A stretch of 64,000 nucleotides of DNA from Pseudomonas phage vB_PaeM_GXNNA8. Of the stretch, positions 10,320 to 20,235 are shown one piece after another; position 1 is the first letter of the stretch; each line of letters opens with the position of its first letter. Below the pieces are notes generated by a model. It was not told where the DNA came from. It saw only the letters and a list, made by a program, of their open reading frames with translations, and ran no database searches. Location of the stretch: the sequence record PV400810.1; one strand, given 5' to 3'. The translations under genes were made by a program, and so were the position numbers.

Positions 10320-10350
10320 GGGGAGTACATCAGTACTCCCCGCCTCTTTA
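10320..10350 (+). terminator. Rho-independent terminator after the giant gene
   Basis: GGGGAGTAC-ATCA-GTACTCCCC followed by a T-rich tract. Confidence 0.6.
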
Positions 10351-10374
10351 GTTAACCTTAGGAATTTATTCACG

Positions 10375-12567
10375 ATGGCTCAGGTGACGACACGCGACCG
10401 GGACATTATCACGAAATCGTTCCGTCTGTTAACCCGCGGTATCCCACCGAGTGAAGTATTAGACATCCTCGATTGGGACAAATATTTCAACGTTTTCAGT
10501 AGTGCAACAGGGGATAACCGCTTTGTGAACCCTGTGCCTCAATGGAGCCCTGCGACCGATCCCCGATACGGACGGTTAATGGTCACCCCAGAAGGGGGAT
10601 TCGGCTCCATGTATAAAGAGATCTACGACAACAATGCCACTCTCTTAACCATTACTCCAGGTGTGGCTCAGTTCGCTGGTCTGCTGTCATTCATTACAAA
10701 CATGTTCTCTCCCGCAGCGGCTATCATTGCCAACAAAGGGCGGGCACCCAGTCTGTCGTTCTACATGGGACAAGCCATCGGTTCTATCGCCTTTTGGCCT
10801 ATGCAGCTGTTGAGTATCAGTACCCAATTTCTGGCATTCTTAGCAGATTCCCCCAAGCATCAGTTCTGGACTGTTAAGCCTGCGGTTGGGGCGTACACCA
10901 TGGTGGCTACCGGCGTACTGAATGACTTCATGGTGAAACTGGGGTACATTGATCCCATCCTACCTAAGATGAACCAGCAACAGACCGATCCCCTGTACGG
11001 TCTTAAACCCGATTACGACAACAGTAAAGCCGTTTCCAGTCTGTCTACCCTTTTCCCTGATTGCGTCAACCAGGATGGGACTATTGACCTCATGCGGTTG
11101 GTCAATAAAGGGGTGCGTAAACACCGGGTGATGTTGGAACGTCTGGCCTCTATGGACAACGACACTTCTATTAACTCCCCCCAACAGAAATTGGAACGAG
11201 CCAAACAAATCCTTCAAGAAGTCACCTTCGATCGTTCGGTAACCGCTGGCAGACCTTCTCAAGAGTATATTGAAAAGGAAATGAGTACGGTCGGTAAATA
11301 CCGGGGTGATAACGAACCCAACTATGTTGAAGAAGACAGTGCCTACCTCAACCGAGGCGCTTATCAAGACATCGACCCTGCACGTAATAAGCAATATGGA
11401 ATTGCCAACCTTGAACTGGAACAACCTCCAACCGGACCTGACGGACAACCCACCTCCACCATGCAGCCTATGGGAACGGGTGGGTCTTATGGTACTTCAG
11501 CTCCTCCTGTAAACCCCAACGAACGGCCTCAACGCCCCTCTCCCGCCACTCCCTCAGTAACCGCTAATCCCGCTATTAACAATGGGGATCAGTTCTACTA
11601 CGAAGACAACCCTAACGATCGTACCTGGATGGGAGATATTTACGACCTCGTTAAAACCGCTGTAGCCGGTGGTATGGATGGGATCACCTTCCGCGTAGAG
11701 GGGAACGGGGGAGCTACTCGGGATTCCTTCTCTAATAGCACTGGGCAATCGCCTATGGCGGAGAAGTTCAATTCCATTGTTCGCACTACCAATGACTTCA
11801 CCTTCGATGTGGCTAAAGGTCAAACTGGCTTAGCCATTGTCGATGGACTGATTAACATTGTTAAAGACGCGGCTATGGGAGCCCTTTCCGGGTCTGTTAT
11901 TGGAAATATCCCCCTGGCTGTTGCCAATAACAGTTACGTCAAGATCCCTGACCACTGGACTGAATCCTCCTGCAATCTCCATACGGAGACCTACACCATT
12001 AAGTCAGTCTGTAACTACGCACACCCGTATGAGCAGATTGTTAAGATCTGGGTATTGATTTCCCTCCTACTGCCCTTAGTGGCCGGTAATACCTCAGGTG
12101 GTGGAACCCATACCTCACCCTTCTACGTGAAAGCTTTCTGTAAGTCTCGTGGAATCATCCGTACCGGTCTGGTGACTCAACTGGATCTGACCCTGGGGGA
12201 AGGAGATGCAGGGTGGACTCGTGATCGTAAACCGTTGAATATGACGGCCAGTTTACAGATTACCGATCTGGAACCCCTGGTCACCCTTCCTATTGATCGG
12301 TCCATTAGCATCCTGGATCTTACTAATCCGAATGCGGTGGTCAGTCGTATTCTGTCGGATGACAGTGCGTTCAACAACTTTGCCAGTCGTATCACAGGGA
12401 TGGACTACCTGGATACCATTCTGCGGTGGTCGCGTTTGAACCGTCAACTGACGGGTGTGGTCACGGATATTAAGACCAGTATTCGTTCTGACAACATCGC
12501 GGCTAAAATCAACGATTCCGTGGTGGGTGATATACTTCGCATAACGACAAAACCTCTTGCAAGATAG
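10375..12567 (+). CDS. Hypothetical protein (730 aa), probably a virion structural protein
   Basis: Long ORF directly after the giant lysin gene, ending at a bidirectional terminator. No recognisable motif. Confidence 0.7.
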   Translation: MAQVTTRDRDIITKSFRLLTRGIPPSEVLDILDWDKYFNVFSSATGDNRFVNPVPQWSPATDPRYGRLMVTPEGGFGSMYKEIYDNNATLLTITPGVAQFAGLLSFITNMFSPAAAIIANKGRAPSLSFYMGQAIGSIAFWPMQLLSISTQFLAFLADSPKHQFWTVKPAVGAYTMVATGVLNDFMVKLGYIDPILPKMNQQQTDPLYGLKPDYDNSKAVSSLSTLFPDCVNQDGTIDLMRLVNKGVRKHRVMLERLASMDNDTSINSPQQKLERAKQILQEVTFDRSVTAGRPSQEYIEKEMSTVGKYRGDNEPNYVEEDSAYLNRGAYQDIDPARNKQYGIANLELEQPPTGPDGQPTSTMQPMGTGGSYGTSAPPVNPNERPQRPSPATPSVTANPAINNGDQFYYEDNPNDRTWMGDIYDLVKTAVAGGMDGITFRVEGNGGATRDSFSNSTGQSPMAEKFNSIVRTTNDFTFDVAKGQTGLAIVDGLINIVKDAAMGALSGSVIGNIPLAVANNSYVKIPDHWTESSCNLHTETYTIKSVCNYAHPYEQIVKIWVLISLLLPLVAGNTSGGGTHTSPFYVKAFCKSRGIIRTGLVTQLDLTLGEGDAGWTRDRKPLNMTASLQITDLEPLVTLPIDRSISILDLTNPNAVVSRILSDDSAFNNFASRITGMDYLDTILRWSRLNRQLTGVVTDIKTSIRSDNIAAKINDSVVGDILRITTKPLAR

Positions 12568-12615
12568 AACACCTCTTCTATTTTGTATTGATTAAAAGAA
12601 CTTATTCAGTAATAA

Positions 12616-12645
12616 CTCCCCTACCCCTTAATTGGGGTAGGGGAG
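12616..12645. terminator. Bidirectional terminator hairpin between convergent genes
   Basis: CTCCCCTACCCC-TTAATT-GGGGTAGGGGAG perfect 12-bp stem. Confidence 0.65.
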
Positions 12646-12657
12646 TCTTCGTTAGGG

Positions 12658-13767
12658 TTATTTAATGCGAATAGGGGCGTTCGGGAAGGATTGATTCAAT
12701 ACATCCGTTGCCCGTTCAGTCTGAAAGATCCCCCGGGTGGTTAAGAGGGGAATCAACTCTTCAACAGGTGTTAACAGGGTTACCATGTCGTCACTGATGT
12801 TCGATACCAACCCCAGGTTGTACGCTTTACCGAATTGGGTCTCCCGGTAATACCACTCTTTACCAGCTACCGTTTCTAAGACGTTTAAGAGTTTCGTACG
12901 AATGGCGGGGTGCTCTTCACTGTGGACTTGACTGTCGAAGGAGAACTTCGTAAAGAGGGTTTCAATGAAATCCGGGTATTTACTCAGTAAGGTATTCTTG
13001 CCTTCGGTGTTAATGAGTTCAAAGACCTTACTGATACTCTCGACATCCCCATTCGTAATCATGTACTGAATAGCTTCAATAAAAGCATCTTGTCTCAGAG
13101 AGAGATACGGGTAGTTATCCCATTGGGTTTTATAACTGTCACTCATCCCGTACATCGCCGAGTTGTACAGGATGGCGTTGTAAAACGCCGATTGAACACT
13201 GACGTCTACAAACTCATCAATACCGGTATAATCCCTGAGCATATCGAGGGTGGCGCTACCGAGCTGAGTTCTCCAACTGTCATTGATACGGAAGGGTGAA
13301 CCTTGATCACCATAACCGACCTGGATAATCTGACCCACATTCAATCCAGTGAGTCGATTGAATTCTGCGGTGAGAGTGTCTGCGATGAGTTGCTTAACGC
13401 CGTTCTTACCCCAGACGTTAACACCCATTTGATTCCCCGCCGCGGTAATCAAGTCATCATCACTGAAACTGACCCCATTGCTATCAATACGAATGGCTCG
13501 GGTAATGTCCTTCGTATTGAGTAAACCGCCTGACAGGGCTCCAATAACACCGTCTAGGGCTTCTACAACCGAACTCCGGTACGCGGTGATGGTTGACTTG
13601 AGTGTGGTGTCATTCGGGTTAGTAAGAGCCACCCCTTCTTTAAGACGACTGGCGGTGACATCAATAGGGGTTAGGGTTTCACTTTTAACCCCCCGCATTG
13701 CGGTTTCGGTTTCTTTCTTAAAGGCATTAATACCCGAAGACAGATTGAACCCGTCAAGGATACCCAT
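12658..13767 (-). CDS. Hypothetical protein (369 aa)
   Basis: Long ORF, convergent with the 10375 gene. The terminator at 12616-12645 lies between the two. Confidence 0.65.
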   Translation of the reverse strand: MGILDGFNLSSGINAFKKETETAMRGVKSETLTPIDVTASRLKEGVALTNPNDTTLKSTITAYRSSVVEALDGVIGALSGGLLNTKDITRAIRIDSNGVSFSDDDLITAAGNQMGVNVWGKNGVKQLIADTLTAEFNRLTGLNVGQIIQVGYGDQGSPFRINDSWRTQLGSATLDMLRDYTGIDEFVDVSVQSAFYNAILYNSAMYGMSDSYKTQWDNYPYLSLRQDAFIEAIQYMITNGDVESISKVFELINTEGKNTLLSKYPDFIETLFTKFSFDSQVHSEEHPAIRTKLLNVLETVAGKEWYYRETQFGKAYNLGLVSNISDDMVTLLTPVEELIPLLTTRGIFQTERATDVLNQSFPNAPIRIK

Positions 13768-13803
13768 AGCGGCACTCCAAAAAATAAAGAATAAAGGGGA
13801 AGG

Positions 13804-13831
13804 GGAGTAGGTGCGCTAGCGCACCTACTCC
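13804..13831 (-). terminator. Terminator hairpin 3' of gene 13837-14271
   Basis: GGAGTAGGTGCGC-TA-GCGCACCTACTCC. Confidence 0.6.
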
Positions 13832-13836
13832 TGCAT

Positions 13837-14271
13837 TCACTCTTCCGGTTCATCCACAATGGGTTTCTCCAAACGCTTCTTCTCTACGATGCGAATGGTT
13901 TCTTCCACTGTGAGTATTTCACCGTGTTCATCAACAACCTCGATGATGATTCTGCAAGATTTCATCCGTAGGATAGACAACCCTTCCAAGAGTTTCTGGA
14001 AGGTTAACGTATAGCTTTGGAAATAGGTTGCCTTAATGTTACCTTGCCGGGTAATGCGTTCGGTCTTAGCCCGTTGGGGATCTCGGGTGGTCACCACATA
14101 CTCCAGATAATCCCGTAAGTAGTTCTTCCACTTGTGAGGGGTAGGAACCACTTTGTTCAGAATTGCCCGGAATAACCGGGCGGGGGGATCTCTGAGTTCT
14201 TCATCCCGTACAAACTTGTGGGAGATACTCTCCAACCGGCTGGCTTTGGGTCTCTTTCTGTTTGCTTCCAT
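13837..14271 (-). CDS. Hypothetical protein (144 aa)
   Basis: ORF immediately downstream of 14272-14850. A terminator hairpin lies 3' of it (13804-13831). Confidence 0.6.
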   Translation of the reverse strand: MEANRKRPKASRLESISHKFVRDEELRDPPARLFRAILNKVVPTPHKWKNYLRDYLEYVVTTRDPQRAKTERITRQGNIKATYFQSYTLTFQKLLEGLSILRMKSCRIIIEVVDEHGEILTVEETIRIVEKKRLEKPIVDEPEE

Positions 14272-14850
14272 TTAACCTCCCCGACGTTGGATAAGTACCA
14301 GAGTCAGTATTTTGATCAGGTCAATAACCATCAGCCTAAACCACCGGCTGGTTAAGAAGTTCTCTACGACAGGATGACATTCAACAGGATCGTCCTCATT
14401 CGGTATAACGGGGAATAAGGTACAGTATAGTTCCATGAGTTTCAGCATCCCCTGGTAATACCCGTCGAGACTGTAACCGTTACTGTACCAGTCCAGGAAA
14501 CTGGGGTAGTGTTCGATCATGTTACTCACGAAGTGTTCGTCAGGGTTCCACGAGTAACCTGACAGTACCCTCTCTACCAGCCTGTGAGCGTCCTTAGAGG
14601 ACTTTGTTGACAGTTCAATAGGTAAGGGTAGGTAGACCCTCGGATCGATGTCAAAGGACGTATTTAGGGGCTTTAAGCAATCGTATAGATCCTGGATCTG
14701 AGCTGCGAACCGTACTGAAGCCTTAGAGAACCGTTGATTAATCTCAGTCAGCTGCTCGATCGTGAGGGAATCCAGTTTTCGGTTAAACAGGTTACCTATA
14801 CCAGGTATCCAGCTTAACCACCTGAATAGAGCCCGTTTAGTTAGTGCCAT
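14272..14850 (-). CDS. Hypothetical protein (192 aa)
   Basis: ORF. The conserved promoter motif lies 28 bp upstream of its start (14879-14893). Confidence 0.65.
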   Translation of the reverse strand: MALTKRALFRWLSWIPGIGNLFNRKLDSLTIEQLTEINQRFSKASVRFAAQIQDLYDCLKPLNTSFDIDPRVYLPLPIELSTKSSKDAHRLVERVLSGYSWNPDEHFVSNMIEHYPSFLDWYSNGYSLDGYYQGMLKLMELYCTLFPVIPNEDDPVECHPVVENFLTSRWFRLMVIDLIKILTLVLIQRRGG

Positions 14851-14878
14851 TTACACATACTCCTAACCACTCAAACGA

Positions 14879-14893
14879 ATAATGTAGGTCTGA
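14879..14893 (-). promoter_or_regulatory. Conserved phage promoter-like motif (plus-strand reading TAATGTAGGTCTGA), 28 bp upstream of the minus gene starting at 14850
   Basis: Member of a family of 9 or more similar elements, all at the same orientation and position relative to minus-strand gene starts. Confidence 0.5.
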
Positions 14894-14899
14894 AAAATC

Positions 14900-15412
14900 A
14901 TGGAAACGCCTGACGACACACCCGAAAAGGAAAAGAAGAAAGCCAGTCCTTTGGATACGGATAAAATGCAAACGGTTCTGGAAGAACTCCGTAAGGCAAT
15001 GACTGGTAATCTGGAGGATATCGAACAGGAAGAACTGGTTAAGGTAGTACAACGTAACCGGGCTTTCATTCTAGAATACGCTATGTCTGCGTATTTGGAT
15101 AATCCGAAGAATGCGCATCTACTGGAAGGGGTGACCCAGATTATTGCGCAGATTGAAAAGACCGTACGGGATGACCGTAAAGAGCGGGCTAAGAAGAAAG
15201 AGAATGAAGGCAACCGACTGGCCTTTAACCAAATGCTGGAGGCTATGGAGCGTATTCAAAGTGGAGGGATTAAACTCCCCACCTTTGAGTTCTCCCATTT
15301 CGTACTGGATCCCTCTAAACCCCTGCCTCTGGATCCTACCTTGAGTCCCATTACGGAAGAAGAGCTGGTGCAGGGGAATCAGCTGGTGGATATCGATGGT
15401 GAGGAAATTTAA
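14900..15412 (+). CDS. Hypothetical acidic/charged helical protein (170 aa)
   Basis: ORF with E/K-rich composition. Followed by a bidirectional terminator at 15427-15450. Confidence 0.6.
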   Translation: METPDDTPEKEKKKASPLDTDKMQTVLEELRKAMTGNLEDIEQEELVKVVQRNRAFILEYAMSAYLDNPKNAHLLEGVTQIIAQIEKTVRDDRKERAKKKENEGNRLAFNQMLEAMERIQSGGIKLPTFEFSHFVLDPSKPLPLDPTLSPITEEELVQGNQLVDIDGEEI

Positions 15413-15426
15413 CCAAGCGAACATAA

Positions 15427-15450
15427 CTGGGTGGGGATCTCCCCACCCAG
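15427..15450. terminator. Bidirectional terminator between 14900-15412 (+) and 15463-16245 (-)
   Basis: CTGGGTGGGG-ATCT-CCCCACCCAG. Confidence 0.65.
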
Positions 15451-15462
15451 TTAATAAAGGGG

Positions 15463-16245
15463 TTATTCCGTCAAGTAATCATAGAAACCTTTATTGATCG
15501 GAATCAATTTCAATACAGGAGCTAGCGCAATGGATTGGGCGAAGATACGGTCATAAATACTCCCTTCTAAATACTCGGTTTCTTGAACCAGGAGATCTGG
15601 AACCAAAAACGCCGTATCAGGAATAGGCGGTTTACCGACGTTCTCAAAGAAGGACTTGTAGTCTTCATTCAACAGGAAGTCATATTTGAAGACATAATCG
15701 AACTGTCGATAGTAGGAGGGTGTCGCATTGATAATGTCGTCATCAACGGTCTTCACCTCCACCCGGTAGCCTAACCGAGTCTTAACGTGCTCGATCAACT
15801 CCTCCTTAAGGGCTGTATCCATGACATAAGGGAAACAGTTGATCGTGAGGGTAATCCCTTTGATCTCGATAGGTTTATCGGTCAGTTGTTCATGCTCGAT
15901 AATCACCTTAACGAAATTAGACAGGAACCCTGTAGGGTAATACCCGTACCCCCAATCCCGTAAGCTCCGTTTCTGATAGAGTTCCCTGAAAATCTGTCGG
16001 GTGAACCCAAAGAACGGATAATTAAACGTATCCATCCTTCTCTCCCTGTAGTTCTTCTCAATATGAAGTTCCCACAGGGTGTCCCCTTGAAGCCGGCGTT
16101 TCTCTTGATACGCTGCAAAGGCTTCATCACTCAAGCTGTTTTCATCGCTAACAGCCATGTCTCGTGTTAACCACTTCTGAATCAATCCCCTCCGATAATC
16201 GAAGAGACTGTCCACATCCGCGTAGGCGGTTAATACCCGATTCAT
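15463..16245 (-). CDS. Hypothetical protein (260 aa)
   Basis: Last gene of a 4-gene minus-strand operon (17752 to 15463) with overlapping stop/start codons. Confidence 0.65.
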   Translation of the reverse strand: MNRVLTAYADVDSLFDYRRGLIQKWLTRDMAVSDENSLSDEAFAAYQEKRRLQGDTLWELHIEKNYRERRMDTFNYPFFGFTRQIFRELYQKRSLRDWGYGYYPTGFLSNFVKVIIEHEQLTDKPIEIKGITLTINCFPYVMDTALKEELIEHVKTRLGYRVEVKTVDDDIINATPSYYRQFDYVFKYDFLLNEDYKSFFENVGKPPIPDTAFLVPDLLVQETEYLEGSIYDRIFAQSIALAPVLKLIPINKGFYDYLTE

Positions 16246-16655
16246 GCCTTACGTCCTTTAGATGGGGGTACAATGAAATGACTGGTATACACCCTAAACG
16301 CTAAAGCAATCAAGAAACTCCAGCGTTTATATTCATTCTCATCGGAAATATCCAGTCCATTACCCCCTTCAATGGTCTTAAAGACTTCCTTGAACATTTG
16401 ACTGAACTGACTGAAAGCCACCTGATGCTCACCCAAGCGGGTGATAACCATCATTTGAATACTGACCCAACTGTCGAAGAGATCACTCTTACTTCCCACT
16501 TGGGACATAAAGACTGAATAGGCTTCGTTAAAACAGATCAAAGGACGGTTGATAAGCGACGAGAAGTTCTGAATAATGGGAGAAGGAGCTTCTCCGGTTG
16601 ACAGGTCTAACCATACTTCTTGAATGGTATTCGACAAATGAATGAGTTTATCCAT
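16242..16655 (-). CDS. Hypothetical protein (137 aa)
   Basis: 4-nt overlap with the downstream gene (translational coupling). Confidence 0.6.
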   Translation of the reverse strand: MDKLIHLSNTIQEVWLDLSTGEAPSPIIQNFSSLINRPLICFNEAYSVFMSQVGSKSDLFDSWVSIQMMVITRLGEHQVAFSQFSQMFKEVFKTIEGGNGLDISDENEYKRWSFLIALAFRVYTSHFIVPPSKGRKA

Positions 16656-16664
16656 GGGGAGAGA

Positions 16665-17342
16665 TCACTTCTGGTTAAAGTTAGTGTCGATATGACGACC
16701 ACGCATGAGGTGGTGGACCGTGCTCAGCACCTTGGTACCCGAGCCTTTACGCAGGCTCCCATTGGTGGTAGTCTTACCGGTGGTCAACAAATCGTTCTTG
16801 TACGCCTTAAAGGCCTCTTGGTCGCCGCCTTTAACGTTGTACAGTTCATTCGCCATGATGTTCAAACCCAGGTTACGCAGTACGGTAACCTCAGGACCGC
16901 TGATCCCCGCACTCCGGCTGTCCCCCATGGGTTGACCGGTGAGGTCATCGATTTCGTAGTCGTTCTTAGCCGCACTGAACTTCTTGGACAACATCTGACG
17001 TTGTTTACGGACTTCAGCACGTCCTACAATCGCCTTATAAGCGGTCAGTGACTTGATCCCGGTGTCTTCGTCGTAAATAACCAGTTGGTGTTCAACTTCA
17101 ATACCGAACTGTTTACAGAGTCTCATCAGGTTATCAAAATTCAGTTTCTCTTCAGGAACAAAGTTACTGGCCCAAATCGCCAGGGGATTCCCTTTTTCCA
17201 ACCACTGGACGAAGTCTTCAAAAGCGTCATCGTCCATAGTGGCAAAGAGTTTCTCATAAATCTTCTTATTGCCACCCCCTTTGGTCAGAGGGCCAAAGGC
17301 TTTATACACATGTTCTTCAAATGCCTTCCGGTTACCAGCCAT
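16665..17342 (-). CDS. Hypothetical protein (225 aa)
   Basis: ORF in the operon. No recognisable motif. Confidence 0.6.
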   Translation of the reverse strand: MAGNRKAFEEHVYKAFGPLTKGGGNKKIYEKLFATMDDDAFEDFVQWLEKGNPLAIWASNFVPEEKLNFDNLMRLCKQFGIEVEHQLVIYDEDTGIKSLTAYKAIVGRAEVRKQRQMLSKKFSAAKNDYEIDDLTGQPMGDSRSAGISGPEVTVLRNLGLNIMANELYNVKGGDQEAFKAYKNDLLTTGKTTTNGSLRKGSGTKVLSTVHHLMRGRHIDTNFNQK

Positions 17343-17752
17343 TACACTTTCCTCGGGTATTTGTAATGTGTAAACGTCTTGTTGGCCAACGTAATCACTT
17401 CTTTGGCGGAGTTAATAAAGGGATCACTCTCGACCGTACTGATCGCCAGGAGTTCATCAAACAACATGGAGCAGTTCTCCAAGGTTTGACTGAAGAGGGT
17501 CTTATTCCGGTCATTCACTTCAATCACCGGGATTTCACTGTCAATGGCGCTCACACCATAGCGACCACTGACAGTATACAACAACGGGCTATCCTCCCGC
17601 ACAGCAGACACCCGTTCTTTCAACCGCCTGATGTAGTCGAACGGATCCAGGCAAAGATTAATAAAGTTACTGTCCGCCATAATGAGAATGGTGGTGGGGC
17701 ACGGTGCTGTTTCCATGAGGGGGTCCTTTACAGAGTCGGGGTGGGAGGACAC
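17342..17752 (-). CDS. Hypothetical protein (136 aa)
   Basis: 1-nt overlap with the downstream gene. Confidence 0.55.
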   Translation of the reverse strand: MSSHPDSVKDPLMETAPCPTTILIMADSNFINLCLDPFDYIRRLKERVSAVREDSPLLYTVSGRYGVSAIDSEIPVIEVNDRNKTLFSQTLENCSMLFDELLAISTVESDPFINSAKEVITLANKTFTHYKYPRKV

Positions 17753-17774
17753 AGGCTATCCTCCCACCCTTTAT

Positions 17775-19244
17775 TTAAACAATAGCCTTAGGCGCACCTT
17801 TCTCTTTCCAGTAAGGTTTACGTTCACCCAGTGCAATACGAATGAGCTCATACGTTGTAACGGTGTACTTGTCAATATCTGGATTGGTGTACCAGTAGTC
17901 TACCGTGTTCTCCAGAATATCGTTCCAGTCCAGTCCTTGAGCAATAATACCGTCGTACAATGCCTGAGGAGTCAGACGGTATTTGTGGGGGAGTGTCAGC
18001 CAGAAGGTTTGCATGAACCACAAGTGGTAAATGATGGTCAGTGCTCGCAGGAATTTACGGTCTTCAATGGTATTTTCCCATACAGTGGTACGTCCCACCT
18101 TCAGATCAGGGTACAGAATGCAGTGATGACTGCGGTCACTCCCTTCCAGGCCGAAGTACTTAGCTGTCTTCAGTACATGGTACATGGTCAGACCTTCTTG
18201 AATCCCCATGGACTGGGAACCAATGAAGAACGCGTTAATACCTGACATCCCCGCCTTATTCCGATAGGGTTGACTACTGTAAAGCATCAAGTCAGGCATT
18301 TCTTTAGCGTCGGTCGTCACGATAACGTCCTTACCGAAGGGATTCGGGTACAACCACTCTTGGCCGTTGCTCCCACCTTTAAGCACCGACCCTTTAAGGA
18401 TCTCATGCCCAATCTGCGGAATACGCATCATGGCCTTAGGACCTTTCAGTTTCTTCCCTGGACGAATGAAGACTGATTCCTTCTCTTCAGGACGGCTGTT
18501 CATATTGATCTTATCAACAACCTGAGCTACCCAAATCTGGTAGCAACCCGATACCCCACCCAAGATATCCGCGTCTTCATAGACAATCCGGCGGAGGTTG
18601 CCAATCACCAAATCCCGAGTCTTCTTCTCCCCGCCTTGATCGACTTCCCCTTCCTGGAAATGCTCCGATACACGCTGGAAAGGCATTTCGGAGATAGAGT
18701 CGACCACACACAGAATAGGGGTAATAATCTTAACGGGTTTGCCTTCCCTGTCAATAAAGGGGGTCTTCATGAAGATATCAGCTTTGGCTTTAATCTGTTC
18801 AGTAACCTTCTCTTTAAGCCATTTGAACTTGTCATGAACAAAGGCTCCATCACAAGAATTTACCAAATCATTCCGAGAGAAGTAGAAGAATCGCTTACCG
18901 AGTATCTGTTCGTTGAAGTACTCGGGAATACCGATCTCTCGGTCTACCATTTCCGCCAGACGGTCTACAGAGAAGGTGGCCTCAATATCAAAGAAGAAAA
19001 CAACCGACCCTTTAAACCGAATCAGGACCCGTGCCATACCCAGTACGGTCATCCCGGTCTTCTGGGTGTTGTTTCCACCGGCGATCGCATTGTTACGACA
19101 AAGACCCCCGTTGTTATACGCCACGCCTGATGCACTCATCAAGATCTCGGTGTTTAACATATCGAAGATAGGGGAAAACGGAAGATCAACAATCAACGTA
19201 TCCGACGATTCCAACTCTTGGGTAAACAGAAGAGGTGTGCTCAT
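17775..19244 (-). CDS. RecA-fold ATPase, UvsX/RecA-like recombinase (tentative)
   Basis: 489 aa. ILMSASGVAYNNGGLCRNNAIAGGNNTQKTGMTVLGM aligns with T4 UvsX MMNIALSGEITGG..LAGPSKSFKSNFGLTMV (the P-loop sits near residue 55, as in UvsX). ILCVVDSISEM matches the Walker B strand (VVVFIDSLGNL / IVVDSVAAL). AGGAG-type SD before the ATG at 19244. Confidence 0.45.
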   Translation of the reverse strand: MSTPLLFTQELESSDTLIVDLPFSPIFDMLNTEILMSASGVAYNNGGLCRNNAIAGGNNTQKTGMTVLGMARVLIRFKGSVVFFFDIEATFSVDRLAEMVDREIGIPEYFNEQILGKRFFYFSRNDLVNSCDGAFVHDKFKWLKEKVTEQIKAKADIFMKTPFIDREGKPVKIITPILCVVDSISEMPFQRVSEHFQEGEVDQGGEKKTRDLVIGNLRRIVYEDADILGGVSGCYQIWVAQVVDKINMNSRPEEKESVFIRPGKKLKGPKAMMRIPQIGHEILKGSVLKGGSNGQEWLYPNPFGKDVIVTTDAKEMPDLMLYSSQPYRNKAGMSGINAFFIGSQSMGIQEGLTMYHVLKTAKYFGLEGSDRSHHCILYPDLKVGRTTVWENTIEDRKFLRALTIIYHLWFMQTFWLTLPHKYRLTPQALYDGIIAQGLDWNDILENTVDYWYTNPDIDKYTVTTYELIRIALGERKPYWKEKGAPKAIV

Positions 19245-19341
19245 GTTCCTCTTATTCCTCGTATTTTATGAACTTTAGCTGAAAGGGCAACGCCCTGTTT
19301 TAGATGGGTCTGCGTAAAAACCCATTCCCCAAACTATACTC

Positions 19342-20184
19342 ATGAGATTTTCAGTTATGGAACATTCCTTCACATCAAAAGACTTCATCGAACGGATCAA
19401 GAATCCCCAGCTTCTCTCAGTCCTGGGGGCTGAAAAACTCAGTGTAGGGGAAAGTGTGGGTCTTTTCTTCTCTGAGTTCGGTGCGTCTATAGACCGCCGC
19501 CTGGCCGCCTTCGAAAAGTCGGTTATCACCCTGGACGTTGAAAAGTTCCGTAAAACGATCCAGCGGAAAGAGATTCTCTTTGTTAAGAACGCCGGTTTGC
19601 CAGTCATTGTCCCGGAGACCTACACGCCTGGACTCGGTAATATGATGGCCTATACTCAATTCGTAGCCACGGATGGGGTCTATCTGGTCAGTAGTATGAA
19701 AACTGAAGCAATTCGACTATACGATTGGCTTAAGCAACTGATTAAGACTGGTCGTCCCGAAACCCGTTTCCGTTGGACCATTACCAACTTCGACGCGGTA
19801 CTGGACCGTTCCGAACAGTTCCTTAAAGGTCTCCCATCCAACCCCCACCGCAAGACCTGTACCCTGGGTGAAGTTTACGTCAATTTCGAAGAACTGTACA
19901 GTGTACTGGAAACCTACAACGTGTCAGCCAAGCTACTGGGTGCCCGGGATGTTGAAATGGCCAGTCGGGAATTGAGTCGGGTTTATGAACTGGGACAACT
20001 CCTGGTGGAGAAGATCAAAACCAATGACCTCATCGTGGATGAGAAGAATCTGACTGAAGTGGAATTGGTGGTTAATCGTTTTGTGGAGTTTACAGACATC
20101 TGCGGAGCGATGATGACCCTCCTGAACGAACTGGCAGCCGTCTTCCGTGATCAGACCGAGACGATTGTAACCAAAGCAAAATAG
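19342..20184 (+). CDS. Hypothetical protein (280 aa)
   Basis: ORF divergent from 19244. Ends at the terminator 20195-20230. Confidence 0.65.
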   Translation: MRFSVMEHSFTSKDFIERIKNPQLLSVLGAEKLSVGESVGLFFSEFGASIDRRLAAFEKSVITLDVEKFRKTIQRKEILFVKNAGLPVIVPETYTPGLGNMMAYTQFVATDGVYLVSSMKTEAIRLYDWLKQLIKTGRPETRFRWTITNFDAVLDRSEQFLKGLPSNPHRKTCTLGEVYVNFEELYSVLETYNVSAKLLGARDVEMASRELSRVYELGQLLVEKIKTNDLIVDEKNLTEVELVVNRFVEFTDICGAMMTLLNELAAVFRDQTETIVTKAK

Positions 20185-20194
20185 CAGCATACGT

Positions 20195-20230
20195 ATACCT
20201 ACTGGGAGGTTCACACCTCCCAGTAGGTAT
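20195..20230. terminator. Bidirectional terminator between 19342-20184 (+) and 20236-21747 (-)
   Basis: ATACCTACTGGGAGGT-TCAC-ACCTCCCAGTAGGTAT, 16-bp perfect stem. Confidence 0.65.
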
Positions 20231-20235
20231 AATGT

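Noticed and set aside
14879-14899. Reading the conserved motif as a plus-strand promoter for the gene starting at 14900 (the motif ends 7 nt before its ATG)
   Set aside because: In the other nine copies the element lies upstream of a minus-strand start and often points into the 3' end of a minus gene if read on the plus strand. A single consistent interpretation (minus-strand promoter, 28-73 bp leader) fits all copies.
16620-17051. 143-aa plus-strand ORF overlapping 16665-17342
   Set aside because: It is antisense to a tightly coupled minus-strand operon. Its translation is low complexity.
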